From an uncultured delta proteobacterium (GTDB lineage: Bacteria > Desulfobacterota > Desulfobacteria > Desulfobacterales > JAFDCJ01), in contig CAVYNY010000021.1 in assembly GCA_963769935.1 (NCBI GenBank), forward strand, positions 97,331-161,330: DNA of 64,000 nt, written 5' to 3'. The notes under the pieces were generated by a model. It searched no databases, was not told where the DNA came from, and saw only the letters and a program-made list of their open reading frames with translations. Below are positions 30,602 through 41,600 of this stretch, one piece after another. Both the position numbers and the translations under genes were made by a program. Positions within the stretch are counted from its first letter, which is position 1. Every line of letters starts with the position of its first letter.

Positions 30602-31348
30602 TCAGCTAAGCGCGGCCCGGGCTTCTTCAATGGTATTAACTATCGGAATTCCGCCGGTTTCCTGAAATGATTTAAGCTCTTCACCCTGCTTGGTTGAAGC
30701 CACCACTCGCACGGCAATTTTTGCCGATTGACAGCGCTGCAAAGTCGATATGATCAGTTTGATCAGCGAGACGTTGGTTTCCGCAACCTTACAAAGATCA
30801 AGAATCATTTTCTTCGCCTGTGATTCGGCCATCTCTTTGAGTTTAGCCTGCAGATTGCCTTCGACTTCCACCGAAACCGGACGCGTAACCTTGGCCGGCA
30901 ACCCCAGCACGGTAATATCCTCAACCATCGAAAAATATTTGTCGCCGTTGCCCTCGGCAGGGTCGGCGGCAGGTTTAGGTTTCAGTTGCATGATTTTTTG
31001 AACTCTGCCAATCAGCTCTTCACCCTTGAATGGTTTTACCATGTAATCCTTAACCCCCATTTTTACGATTTGCATGACGTTGTCTTTACCGGATTCCGCC
31101 GTCAGCATGATCACCGGGATGGTCTTTAAATCCGCTTCGCTCTTGATTTTTTCCAGCATTTCAATCCCGTTCATCACCGGCATGGTAATATCCAACACAA
31201 TCAGACCCGGCTTTTCTTTGGCGGCTGTTGCCAATCCTTCAACACCGTTCTCGGCTTCAAACATTTCGCAGTCAAAGTCTTTGAAAGCCTTTTTTACAAT
31301 CATCCGAATGGTTTTACTGTCATCAACAGTTAGCACTTTTAATGCCAT
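30602..31348 (-). CDS. Response regulator: receiver fused to a STAS-like domain
   Basis: VLTVDDSKTIR, LIVLDITMPVMNG, VKPF; C-terminal KMILDLCKVAETNVSLIKLI...IVNTIEEARAAL. Confidence 0.8.
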   Translation of the reverse strand: MALKVLTVDDSKTIRMIVKKAFKDFDCEMFEAENGVEGLATAAKEKPGLIVLDITMPVMNGIEMLEKIKSEADLKTIPVIMLTAESGKDNVMQIVKMGVKDYMVKPFKGEELIGRVQKIMQLKPKPAADPAEGNGDKYFSMVEDITVLGLPAKVTRPVSVEVEGNLQAKLKEMAESQAKKMILDLCKVAETNVSLIKLIISTLQRCQSAKIAVRVVASTKQGEELKSFQETGGIPIVNTIEEARAALS

Positions 31349-31366
31349 AATTTTCCTCCAGTGAAA

Positions 31367-31849
31367 TTAATTAATCGATTTCATAAAGATTTCCACCAGG
31401 GCGGTGTGTTGGTTGTTACGAAATCCGTATCGTTCGCTGCGTGCCCATCCCTTAGGCTGGATCGTAAACTCTTTGCCGCAAGCGATCGAGGGAATCGACA
31501 GTTCGCATGTAAGTCCCGCATCACAAAGCCGGGATTTCAAATCGCCGCAAATCATATTGCACAGTTCACCGATGACATCATGAATTTCCTCGTTCCCTTC
31601 GATTTCATCGATTTCCATGTCCAGCATTGCCGCTGTCATCCGGCGGGCAAACGCTTCCTCGACATGCAGATTCAGCTGGCCCATTACAACCCCGGCAAAG
31701 CCGATCGAACCGACAATGCGGCTTCCGTTTTGATTTGCCAAGGATGGCACATCAACGGTTTCCACATCCATTGAAAGCATGGTGTCAAATACATCGTGGA
31801 CGGCATTGGCTATAAATTCTTTCAAATCCAATGAATTAATCTGAGTCAT
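31367..31849 (-). CDS. cheX: Chemotaxis phosphatase CheX family
   Basis: IVGSIGFAG, DVIGELCNMICG (ExxN motif), LSIPSI. Confidence 0.9.
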   Translation of the reverse strand: MTQINSLDLKEFIANAVHDVFDTMLSMDVETVDVPSLANQNGSRIVGSIGFAGVVMGQLNLHVEEAFARRMTAAMLDMEIDEIEGNEEIHDVIGELCNMICGDLKSRLCDAGLTCELSIPSIACGKEFTIQPKGWARSERYGFRNNQHTALVEIFMKSIN

Positions 31850-31954
31850 GGATTTTCCTTTAGCATAACGAATTCAGATGAAGAATCCGTCCCCAACGGG
31901 CGGTTTTATTTTATTAGGATGAATAGACAGCTGCGAATAAAATCTTGATCCCCT

Positions 31955-31981
31955 ATATCGGCCGCCGATAAAAAAACTATA
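31955..31981 (-). promoter_or_regulatory. Sigma28 promoter of cheX-receiver/STAS
   Basis: Minus strand TATA-N15-GCCGATAT (TATAGTTT-N11-GCCGATAT). Confidence 0.65.
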
Positions 31982-32181
31982 GGTTTTTTTTGGGAGGCAA
32001 ATCGGATGCAGGGTGGTCGGGTCGTGGAATGCCCCTGCATAGAGCAGAGCACATAGAGCAGAGGGAAAAGGACTGAAGTTTGAGGACTGAGGACTGATAA
32101 AATTGGGAAGGCGGAGCTGTTAAGGACGTTAACCAACTAATCGATCTAAACCATCCCAACGATCTCAACGATCCAAACCTG

Positions 32182-33030
32182 TTACGCAAGGAAGGTACTG
32201 ATATCGCGATACTCGCTTTGCATGGTTGCCATGATCGATTCAAGGGCATCGGTTTTTATTCTTAAAGACTCCCAGGCCAGCTTATCCAGGGGTGGAATTT
32301 TATTATCACCACCAAATCCCATATTCAGGGCCCGGCAAAAAATGTCCGCCAGATGAACGATGGATGCTTCGATTATAAAACTGCCGGCAAAATTCGGGCG
32401 GTGATGATGGGCGATGATCTGTTCAAGCTTGATCGGAAGGTTCCATTTTTCGGCCAGCAGTTTACCGATTTCGGCGTGATCAAATCCTAGAACCCGGTTT
32501 TCGGCCGTTATCATCAAAATATTCTCTCTGCTGACAACCGCTGCGATTTTGGCAAACTCGTCCGGCAGAAACAGCATCTCAACGATTTTACCGATATCAT
32601 GCAGGAGGCCGGAAACAAATAATTCTTCGATTTTGTCATGCCGCAGGAAGTCGCCGATGACCTTCGCTCCCACGGCACATCCCAGGGAATGATCCCAGAA
32701 TTTCTCCTGTTCCTGTTTTGCCTTTTTTTGACGTCCGGCAAACAAATCAAAGACCGAAGTGGTCAGCAGCAGATTGCGGATGGCATCAAAACCGAGCAGC
32801 ACAATAGCGTTGGTGATCGTCGATATGCGCTGGGGAAATCCGTAAAAGGACGAATTGACCAGTTTCAGCAGTCTGGCCGTCAACACCTGGTCATCGGTAA
32901 TTATGCGGGCCAGATCTTTAGCCGATGATTTGGGATCGTTGACCAATTCTGTAATTTTGAGCACGGTGCGCGACAGGGTCGGCAGGTCGTCAATTCTGGC
33001 GATGATTTTTTTCGGATCAGGAAGGCTCAT
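32182..33030 (-). CDS. HDOD domain protein
   Basis: DQVLTARLLKLVNSSFYG, FWDHSLGCA, GLLHDIGK, GFDHAEIGKLLAEKWNLP, HHHRP. Confidence 0.93.
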   Translation of the reverse strand: MSLPDPKKIIARIDDLPTLSRTVLKITELVNDPKSSAKDLARIITDDQVLTARLLKLVNSSFYGFPQRISTITNAIVLLGFDAIRNLLLTTSVFDLFAGRQKKAKQEQEKFWDHSLGCAVGAKVIGDFLRHDKIEELFVSGLLHDIGKIVEMLFLPDEFAKIAAVVSRENILMITAENRVLGFDHAEIGKLLAEKWNLPIKLEQIIAHHHRPNFAGSFIIEASIVHLADIFCRALNMGFGGDNKIPPLDKLAWESLRIKTDALESIMATMQSEYRDISTFLA

Positions 33031-33367
33031 GTTGACTCTCGCTGTTCTGCAGATCCTCTATCAATCGGTTACTGGCGGCTTTGAAAATTGCAACCATCAC
33101 AGGATCATCCAGTACATCGGAGAATTTTTCTTTCAGCTGCTTGACGATGGATTCCTGCCCCTGAATCTCCGTATCCTCGGCAGGACCTTTTGAATCGGAC
33201 CGCTCCCCTTTGATGGGGATCTCCTTCACCCCCCAGGATTTGAATACACGAATATTTTTACCGGTGATCCTGGCACCGGCCTCCAACAATAAAACGCCCT
33301 GGCGGTTGCGTACCGGCTGGGCCAGTATCATGCCGGGCTTTAAATCCTCAATGTTCAAATTAATCAT
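33017..33367 (-). CDS. Small protein coupled to the HDOD gene
   Basis: IEDLKPGMILAQPVRNRQGVLLLEAG motif, like HD-GYP N-terminal extensions; overlaps the HDOD start. Confidence 0.75.
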   Translation of the reverse strand: MINLNIEDLKPGMILAQPVRNRQGVLLLEAGARITGKNIRVFKSWGVKEIPIKGERSDSKGPAEDTEIQGQESIVKQLKEKFSDVLDDPVMVAIFKAASNRLIEDLQNSESQHEPS

Positions 33368-33600
33368 CAGAACCCCGCCAAAACATCGTGGACCAGTTGA
33401 CTGATAGATTGGTTGATTGAAAGAATTATTGCGAATTGATCATCCGATTTAACCGCCTTAAATGCCACATGACGATCGCATTGTCCACCTTTATCCTTTC
33501 TTTTCCTTTCACCTTTATCCTTTCTCCTTATACCTTACACCCAAGTCCTTGCCTTTATCAAGTATTGCAAAAGCTTAAATCTTTGGCCCCAAAAAAGTCC

Positions 33601-33627
33601 TAAAGTCCCCGCCGTTTTTTCCGATAA
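33601..33627 (+). promoter_or_regulatory. Sigma28 promoter of flagellin
   Basis: TAAA-N15-TCCGATAA, ~140 nt upstream of the flagellin ATG. Confidence 0.8.
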
Positions 33628-33769
33628 AGAGGTTGAAGGCAAAATCACGGTCGGGAAAGGAGGGGGAAATAAAGACCGACTGCTTGCCTTTCAAAAAAAA
33701 CAATAAACGAGATATTAAAACCTTGGCAAGAACGCCAAAATAAAAAAACCTAGGAAAGGAAACGTTATC

Positions 33770-34629
33770 ATGGCACTAAGCACGATCAATTTAACATCAG
33801 GCATGCGGGCCAATCTGTTCAGCCTGCAGCAAACTTCCAAAGATTTAGAAATCACCCAGAAACGATTGTCCACGGGACTGAAAGTAAATACAGCTCTGGA
33901 TGATCCCGTCAACTTTTTTACCGCCCAGGAACACAGGTTGCGGGCAACCGACCTGGCCAGTCGCAAAGACGGCATGTCCGAAGCCATTCAGACCATCAAA
34001 GCCGCCAACGTGGGTGTCGAGGGCATCAACAACCTGATCGCCCAGGCCAAGTCCCTGGCCCAATCGGCCATGTCCGCCACGGCCTCCGATGCAGCGATCT
34101 TTGCCAGCCAGTATGGCACGGTAATGACCCAGATCAACCAGATGGCGGTGGATTCCGGCTACAAAGGCATCAATCTGCTGCAAGGAGGTGAATTGACGGT
34201 GGAGTTTGCTCCCACTGCCAGCCAATCAACCCTGAAGCTGACCGGTTTCGGCGAAACAGGAGCCGCCTTTGAAATTACTGGTTTAACAGCTGAAGTAACC
34301 GGAACGGCAGCCAGCGGTGTGAACTGGGTCACAAGCGGCGAGGTCTCAACTTCCGCCATTCAGACCTCCATCGATCACCTGGAAAGCGCAATGAGCACGC
34401 TGAGAACCAGTCCAAAAAGCTCTCCAACAACCTGTCGATCATTACAGCACGCGAGGAGTTTACCGGCCAGATGATCAACACTCTGGAAGACGGTGCTGCC
34501 AAGTTGACGGAAGCCGATCTGAATGAAGAAGGTGCCAACATGCTGATGCTTCAGACGCGTCAGGCTCTGGGTACGACCTCCTTAAGTTTGGCCTCCCAGG
34601 CTGCCCAATCGGTTCTGAGATTGTTCTAA
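33770..34629 (+). CDS. Flagellin, alphaproteobacterial type (~286 aa after correcting a 1-nt deletion near 34408)
   Basis: N-terminal INLTSGMRANLFSLQ...QKRLSTGLKVNTALDDPVNFF; shifted frame continues SKKLSNNLSIITAREEFT...EADLNEEGANMLMLQTRQALGTTSLSLASQAAQSVLRLF*. Confidence 0.93.
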
Positions 34630-34637
34630 ACGAACCT

Positions 34638-34680
34638 TTGATTTGGAGGGGCAGCAATTCCCCTCCAAATCAATTTCTTT
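34638..34680 (+). terminator. Intrinsic terminator after flagellin
   Basis: 14-bp stem TTGATTTGGAGGGG/CCCCTCCAAATCAA followed by TTTCTTT. Confidence 0.85.
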
Positions 34681-34796
34681 CATCATCAGCACCGTCTCCC
34701 AATCCTCTTCCATCGATTCAGGAAGGGACAACCCTTAAGAGAGTAAGGCAAAAGGGGTTAGGTTTCGGTACAAACTGCGAACCGAATGAGATTAAA

Positions 34797-35219
34797 ATGG
34801 CACTAAAAATCACATTAAAGCCGGATGAAAAAATGATCGTCGGCGGGGCCGTAATTTCCAATGGAAACACAAGGAACACGGACCTGATCATCGAAAATAC
34901 GGTTCCGGTTCTGCGCCAAAAGGATATTTTAAGCGAGAAGGAAGCAACATCGCCCTGCAGTCGAATTTATTTCATCATTCAGCTCATGTACATTGACGAA
35001 GAAAACTTGGCCACATACCACCACACCTATTGGAAATTGGTGCGTGAATTGTTGGACGTTAATCCCAAATTAACCGGTCACATCGACCAAATGAGCGAAC
35101 AAATACTGGGTGGCAACTACTACCGCGCTCTGAAACTAGCCGGTGAATTAATCAATTATGAACAGGAGGTTCTAAAACATGTATATGCAGACCCAAACCC
35201 AATCTTTGAGAGCCTATGA
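34797..35219 (+). CDS. flbT: Flagellin translational regulator FlbT
   Basis: MALKITLKPDEKMIVGGAVISNG, PVLRQKDIL, TSPCSRIYFIIQLMY, YYRALK...LINYE. Confidence 0.93.
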   Translation: MALKITLKPDEKMIVGGAVISNGNTRNTDLIIENTVPVLRQKDILSEKEATSPCSRIYFIIQLMYIDEENLATYHHTYWKLVRELLDVNPKLTGHIDQMSEQILGGNYYRALKLAGELINYEQEVLKHVYADPNPIFESL

Positions 35220-35607
35220 AACTGTCGGCAAAGCCACCCACACCGGCCGCGAAATCGAAGCCGCGGTCCTCACCAAAGCCGCCGTGAAACTCAAACAATG
35301 CCGGGACAACTGGAATGCTCCGGACCGGGATGAAAAATTGGATGAGGCGCTTAAGTTCAACCAGCGGATTTGGAGTATCTTTCAAACTGAACTGTCGCGA
35401 GAAAATCATGAACTGCCCAGGAAATTGCGTCTGGATATACTTCGACTGGCCTCATTTATCGACAAGCGTATTTTCGAAACCATGGCATTTCCGACACCCG
35501 AAAAACTGAAAATTGTCATCGACATCAATAACAATCTGGCTGCCGGTCTGCGAGGTTCACCTTTAAATATCGACAATTGCGAATCCTTAAGCATTAAAAT
35601 ATTATGA
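35179..35607 (+). CDS. flaF: Flagellar regulator/chaperone FlaF
   Basis: GREIEAAVLTKAA, EALKFNQRIWSIFQTEL....ELP, IDINNNLAAGL. Confidence 0.92.
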   Translation: MYMQTQTQSLRAYETVGKATHTGREIEAAVLTKAAVKLKQCRDNWNAPDRDEKLDEALKFNQRIWSIFQTELSRENHELPRKLRLDILRLASFIDKRIFETMAFPTPEKLKIVIDINNNLAAGLRGSPLNIDNCESLSIKIL

Positions 35608-35617
35608 TAATCAAAAT

Positions 35618-35649
35618 AAAAATGGCCTCTTTTCAGAGGCCATTTTTTT
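35618..35649. terminator. Bidirectional intrinsic terminator between flaF and the convergent glycosylation genes
   Basis: AAAAATGGCCTCT-TTTC-AGAGGCCATTTTTTT. Confidence 0.85.
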
Positions 35650-35940
35650 GAAATCCATTTGCATATCAATTATGCGGCAATAATTATTTAGACAATGAAT
35701 GGATGCGTTTATATTTTCTATTCATTGGACATGATCTACAGGATTTATTGGATTTTTATTTTTCTTTGTTTCCGGCCGATAGCCTCTCCGAGCTGCAGAC
35801 TCCACGAGCCGGAAACCATAAGGCCTATGACCCAAAGGGATTAAACAAAGAATACCCGATTAGTATGCAGGGGGATGGGTATTTAGCGTTTTTTTCCCCA
35901 CAGCGTCTGTCCCCGGGGGATGGAGACTTTGAAACCTATC

Positions 35941-38425
35941 TTAAGCGTCATCCGGTTTAACGGCGTCTTCGATGACTTCTATTTGCCTCGGCTCCCCACC
36001 CTTGATAAAAATTCGCCACATTTCCTGATAGGCTTTTTCCAGGTTCCGCACAAAACGCGGGGTATCAAATAAAGGTTCTTTCCGTCGATTGCGGGATAAT
36101 TTTGCTTTAATCTTTTCAAGCTTATCAGCGATGGTTTGCCAGGTGGACGGCCAGATGCTCATATGCATCCAGGTTGTAGGTTATCAATTCTGAAAGGCCG
36201 ACGGCGCTCAACAGACTGGCTGAAACCCGCGAAGCAAAATGACTGCCCTGCAAGGTAATCACCGGCACACCGGCCCACAATGAATCGCTGGTGGTCGTGT
36301 GGCCGTTGACCAGCGCGGGTGTCCAGGGCCAGATCTGCCAGCTGAATCCGCGACAGATGGTCTGCCTTCTTGATCTTTTTTGCAAAAACAAGGCGGTCCG
36401 CGCCCACTCCCCTGCTCTGTGGCTTCCTGCTGTAAATTGGCCTTCGCAGTCTCTCCCCCGTCAAAAAGCCACAGCACACTGTTCGGAACCTGCTGCAATA
36501 TCCGCATCCAGCAATCAAACATCACCGAGTCAATTTTATAGGGGAGATTGAATGAGCTGAACACGAAGCCCTTCGTCCGGCAGCCCCTGTGATTCCCGGC
36601 TCCATTTTCGAGACGCAATTTTCTGTTGATGGTCGTTGACCTGATAACAATGGGGCATAAAGACCAGCTTTTCGCTGTAGTATGGTGCATGGTCTTCCGG
36701 GGTAACGATTTTGTCGGTGATCAAATAATCAATGAAATCGGCGCCGGTGGTACCCGGATACCCAAGGTAGTGGACTTGTATGGGCGTCGGACGACAGGCC
36801 AAAATACCCAACCTGGCACTTTTGGTATGCCCTTTCAGGTCAACTAAAATATCCATCTCGTCTGCGTAGATGCGTTTAGCGGCATCAACAAGCGAACAGT
36901 CATGAATGTCAGTAAATTGATCGCAATTTGACCGGATCTGTTGTCTGTATGAGCTGTTGTCATCCGGCCCGTATGAATAACAGTGCACCTGAAACTGATG
37001 ACGGTTATGCAGTTCAAATAGCCGGAGCATCAGATGTGCTGTGGCATGATCGTGAAAATCGCTTGAAAGATAACCGATGGTAAGCATATGCTTCTCCTGC
37101 CGTCGGCTATCAAATGAATACTTCGGCTTTACCTCTTGCAGTGTTTGGATAAATTTGCGACACCATCTCTTTGAATTTGTCAATAGCCGGTATAGGTCAG
37201 AATGTCTGGCCATGCTTATAAAAGGGGGCTCGGCAAAAATGGGCTTTCCCTCGCTGGTGCGGTCGATTAACTCATCAAGTCTCTCTGAGTAGATCTTCAA
37301 GCGAAAGCCAGTTGCAGGTATACTGCAACTGATGGATCAGATGGCTGTAAGCGTCTGAGGTAATCCGGCTTTATTTCTATCGCTTTTTGAAGTCGGTCAA
37401 TCGCCTCATCCCGCCGGCCTTGTTCGGCCAGAACCACCCCCATATAGTTATGCGCCTCAGCAAACTTCGGCTTAAGCTGGGTCGCTTTTTGAAAACATTC
37501 GGTTGCCTCAGCCATACGATCGGATTCGGCATAGGCGACTCCTAAATTAAAATACGCCTCCGCATTTCCGGGGCTGAATTTGCAGGACCTTCTGGTAGCA
37601 GACGATAGCTTTGTCTAAACTGCCCTGATCTTTTAATGCATTCCCCAGGTTGTTGTGGGCCGCATCGAGCTTTGGATTTAGATGAATGGCCTTGTGGCAA
37701 TGAGAAATGGCAGCATCTAAAAAACCCTGTTGTTTTAATAAATTTCCCAGATTGCTGTGGGCTTCGGCCCAATCCGGTTTGCAATGAATGCATTGTTTCA
37801 AGCAGGCAATTGCTTCATCAAAGCGTCCTTGTCTTTCCAAAATATTGGCCTGGTTGTAAAACGATTCAACCAGCATGGGATTCAACATTGCCGACCGCTG
37901 GTAACATGAAATAGCCTCATCGAAAAGCCCCTGGTCTTTGAACGTGTTTCCTAAATTGTAATAAGCTTCAGCGCTGTCCGGCCGCAGCATGATTGCTTTT
38001 TGAAAGGCAGATGCGGCTCGGTCAGAATCGGCTGTTTGTTGATGGGCAATTCCCATATTAATGTAGGATTCAATCAGATCGGGTTTAATTTGAAGCGCTT
38101 TATGGTAGCACGCAATGGCCTGCTCGTAAAAGCCGCCGTCGCGGTAGGCATTGCCGAGGTTGCAATGAAAGATGGGGTGGTTCGGAATAATTTGAACGGC
38201 TCGGGTAATTAAATCGATTGCGGCCTGGTGTTGCTGCTTCTGATTCGAAAGCACCCCCAACAGATGCAAGGCATCCGCATTCATCGGGGCAGCATCAAGT
38301 ATTTCCCTGTAATACCTTTCAGCTTGTACTAAATCTCCTTGCCGATGATGCAGCAAACCATGCTCCAGAACCGAATTCAGATGTGTGGCTGCAGCTTTTT
38401 TTGTATGACTCAACTTAGAATTCAC
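35941..38425 (-). CDS. TPR-repeat O-GlcNAc-transferase-like (GT41/SPINDLY-type) glycosyltransferase, broken by several frameshifts
   Basis: Consecutive fragments give TPRs, then IGYLSSDFHDHAT, DILVDLKGHT..ARLGILACRPTPIQVHYLGYPGTTG, SFNLPYKI..WMRILQQVPNSVLWL, NGHTTTSDSLWAGVPVIT, PLFDTPRFVRNLEKAY. Confidence 0.85.
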
Positions 38426-38481
38426 TTTTGTTGCTTATCTCGGACATGCGTGAATCGTAACAATTTAACTTTTTGAAACAA

Positions 38482-38583
38482 GCCACAAATTAGCACGAAT
38501 TTTCACGAAATTAATTTTCATTATTATTGCCCCAGCTTTCGCCTATTACCAAAATTCGTGCTTATTCGTGTCATTTCGTGGCT
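38482..38583. repeat. Palindromic REP-like element (CACGAA.../...TTCGTG)
   Basis: GCCACAAATTAGCACGAATTTTCACGAA ... AATTCGTGCTTATTCGTGTCATTTCGTGGC. Confidence 0.65.
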
Positions 38584-38645
38584 AACAAATTTTATAAAAC
38601 ATAGAATCATACCGTCCATCTGGTTCAATAATTCTCTGAAAGCAC

Positions 38646-41600
38646 CTAATGTGGTAAATGTTCAAACATGACCGCCTCACGGACTTTTGACTCAGTTGGC
38701 CCGTTGTAAGTCAAATCTTGGTTATCACCATCTATTTTAAAGCATTGGTTAAATAGCTCCAATATTTCTTTGTTCACGATGTCGCATTCAATCGCAGCGC
38801 CGAGCACGCAAAGTGCGTATTTAATCTGGCCGGCCGAAATCAGGCTTTGACCCAGTTCAAGGCATGGGATTTCAAGATGGGCACCCAAAGGTGTATTTTT
38901 TTGATTTCGCAGGCCCTCAAGACCTTTCTCTTTTTGGTCGGCGCAGCAGTATGCGGACGACAGAATAAAGTGCGCCGGCGGATAATTCGGAAACCCGTCC
39001 AACAAAGCTTCGAGAATGCTGACGGCCTTTGTCGCATTTCCACAATGCAACTCAGCCATTGCATAATTGTATCGGGCTTCTTTCAGACCAGGATCATTTT
39101 CCATAGCTTTTTTCCCGGCTTCAAGGGCAGCTTCAAATTTACCGAGTCGATTGTAGATGGTACCTATATTCACATAGGCCGTCGCTGCCAGATTCGGAAT
39201 TGGATTCAGATCAAGCAGTCTTTGCCACAAATCAAGTGCTTTCTGATTTTTCTCCAGGATGGTGGCCTGAATAGCCAACTCACGCAGGGCATTCGGATCA
39301 TCTCCCATCTCAGACAGCTTCTTTTGACCGATTTCAAAATAGATTTCTCCTTTACGCGCCAATTTATCCTTATCCAGCCGGCCGTAATGGTGAACCGGTA
39401 TGCTGCATTTTTTGATTTCAATGCCGTTTCTTTTCAAAACCGGATCGATCAGCTCATGCACCGCCCCTTCAAACCAAATCTGATTCTTGCCATAAAACAG
39501 CCTTACTTTTTCACTCGGCAGCCAACCGATAGCCGCTTCTTCCTCGGGATATTGGCCGTCATTGGGCACCCAACCCACAATGTTGGCCAGTCTGTTATAA
39601 TTACGGGTAGTAACGGAATACGCTATAGGTGCCTTGGGTTTCTTAGTGACGATTTTATTGAAAGGGTCATAATCCAGAGGAGAAATCACTTCATCGCCAT
39701 CCAGAATTAGAATCCACTCACCGGATGCTTTTGAAATCGAATAATTCCGTGCGGCGGCAAAATCATCCTGCCACTCATAATCATAAACCTGAGCCCCAAA
39801 AGTGGCGGCAATATCTTTGGATCGGTCTGTGGAGCCGGTATCAACTACAATCATCTCATCGACAACGGGTTTTACACTTGCCAGACATCGGGCCAAATAC
39901 TTTTCTTCATCCTTGATAATCATGCATAAAGAGACAGGAGGCTTTTTCGCAGTTGGCTCGAATGGTCATCGGCCCCAGTTTCTCCCTGACCTTCAAAGCG
40001 GCTGTAAGAATGCCATCATCAATACCGAATTTAACAATCGCAGCTTCTATTCCAGCCATGGCCTCCTCATATCTGCCCTGCCGGATCAGAAGATCGATCA
40101 GCATATATTTTAGCTTCTGATTGTTCGGATACAGGGCGGCGGCCTCACGGACAATGTTCTCTGCTTTTCCAAATTCCGCGATCCCCGCGATCAAAGAATG
40201 GTAGTTGGTGGCAATGTCAAGATCTGCAGGATTCAGCCGGAAGGCTTTTTCTAAGAACTTCAGGGCATCTTGCGGACGATCAGCTTCCATCAATAGCATA
40301 CCTAAATTGGTGTAAGGCTCGCCATAACCCGGATCTGCTTCTATTGCCCGCTTGAAGTATTTCTCAGCAGAACGGCGGTCCTCATTGCGGTAAGCCAGAA
40401 TGCCTTTTAGATTCAGAGCGGGTGCGCGATCGGGATTCATTGCCAGCACCTGTTCAATATGGGTCTGCGCGGCTTCAAAGTTTTGCAGTCCTTCTTCAGC
40501 ATACCCCAGCAGTTCAACTTTACGCATTTCCTGATGGTTATCGCCGGACGGCATTTCCATTAAAGCGTCTTTGGCATCCTGAAATCTTTTGGCTGCCAGT
40601 AAAATTTTAGACAGGGCAAGGTAAAAACGCTGATTTTCGGGCTGAACCCTTATTCCGCCCAATAGTACTTCGACGGCCGCATCAATTTTCCCGCCCTGGC
40701 CCAATTCATCGGCCCTTGCCAGAAGTTGAACCGTCTGAAAAGCTTTGGCTTCCGGATTTTGAACACTATTCCATTTTCCTTGATACTTCTTTCGATCTTC
40801 GCGGACAGGATGGATTTTTCGTTGAGACATTATTTTTGACTAGGTGCCGATCGTAATGGAAGATATACATATCAGCGGCAATCAAATTTTGAAAGCCTGC
40901 TGAGGCGGCTCGAGTGCAAAAGTCTTCGACAGCGACTTCTTCAGAAACAAACAGCTCATCAAAATTTCCGATATTATCGATCAAGTCGCGTCGGAAAGCC
41001 AGGCAAACAGTCCGATAGTTTCGGCGTCGCTACCCTTCTGTATTGATTTTGTTCATAAAACGCTTTTGCCGCGGTCTCGAACTCAGCCCGATCTGATTCG
41101 TCGGAATGGGCTATCTGTTGGATGCCCGCAGTCCGGTTGGACATGGGACCCACCACTCCACAATCCGGCTCAAAGTTGATATGTCTTACAAAGGCGTTGA
41201 GCCAGCCTTCAGACAGCACCACATCATTGTGCATTAAAACAACAATGTCTCCGCCGGCTTTTAGGATTGCGTGGTTGATGCACTCCGCCCAGCCTATCTG
41301 CCCGTCACATTCAATGATGTGATAATGGTGGTTATCCTTGACAAGTTGTTGTGCCCATTTAAGAATGCCTTTGGTTGTTCCACGAGTTACAAGGAGCAGT
41401 TCATGAGGCTCTTTGGTGTGACCTTGAATGCTTTTCAGGCATTCTTTTACGCGGTTTTGAATCCCATCCAGGCTGATAACAATAGACGCCGTTATTTTGT
41501 GTTCAACGTCCTTTTTTTCAGGTGCTTCTGCATACAAATCCGCTGATTCAGAATTTGAAGCTGAAGGGATTTCATCATTTAAGGAATTCAGCCTCGCTGA

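Noticed and set aside
34400..34420. Programmed ribosomal frameshift or phase variation in flagellin
   Set aside because: There is no long homopolymer or clear slippery heptamer with a stimulatory structure. A single missing base (ACC-[C/G]AG-TCC) restores a canonical protein.
38847..39710. 287-aa plus-strand ORF, and other long antisense ORFs such as 6317-6949, 4813-5361 and 62822-63400
   Set aside because: These are shadows of well-supported genes on the opposite strand and have no motifs of their own.
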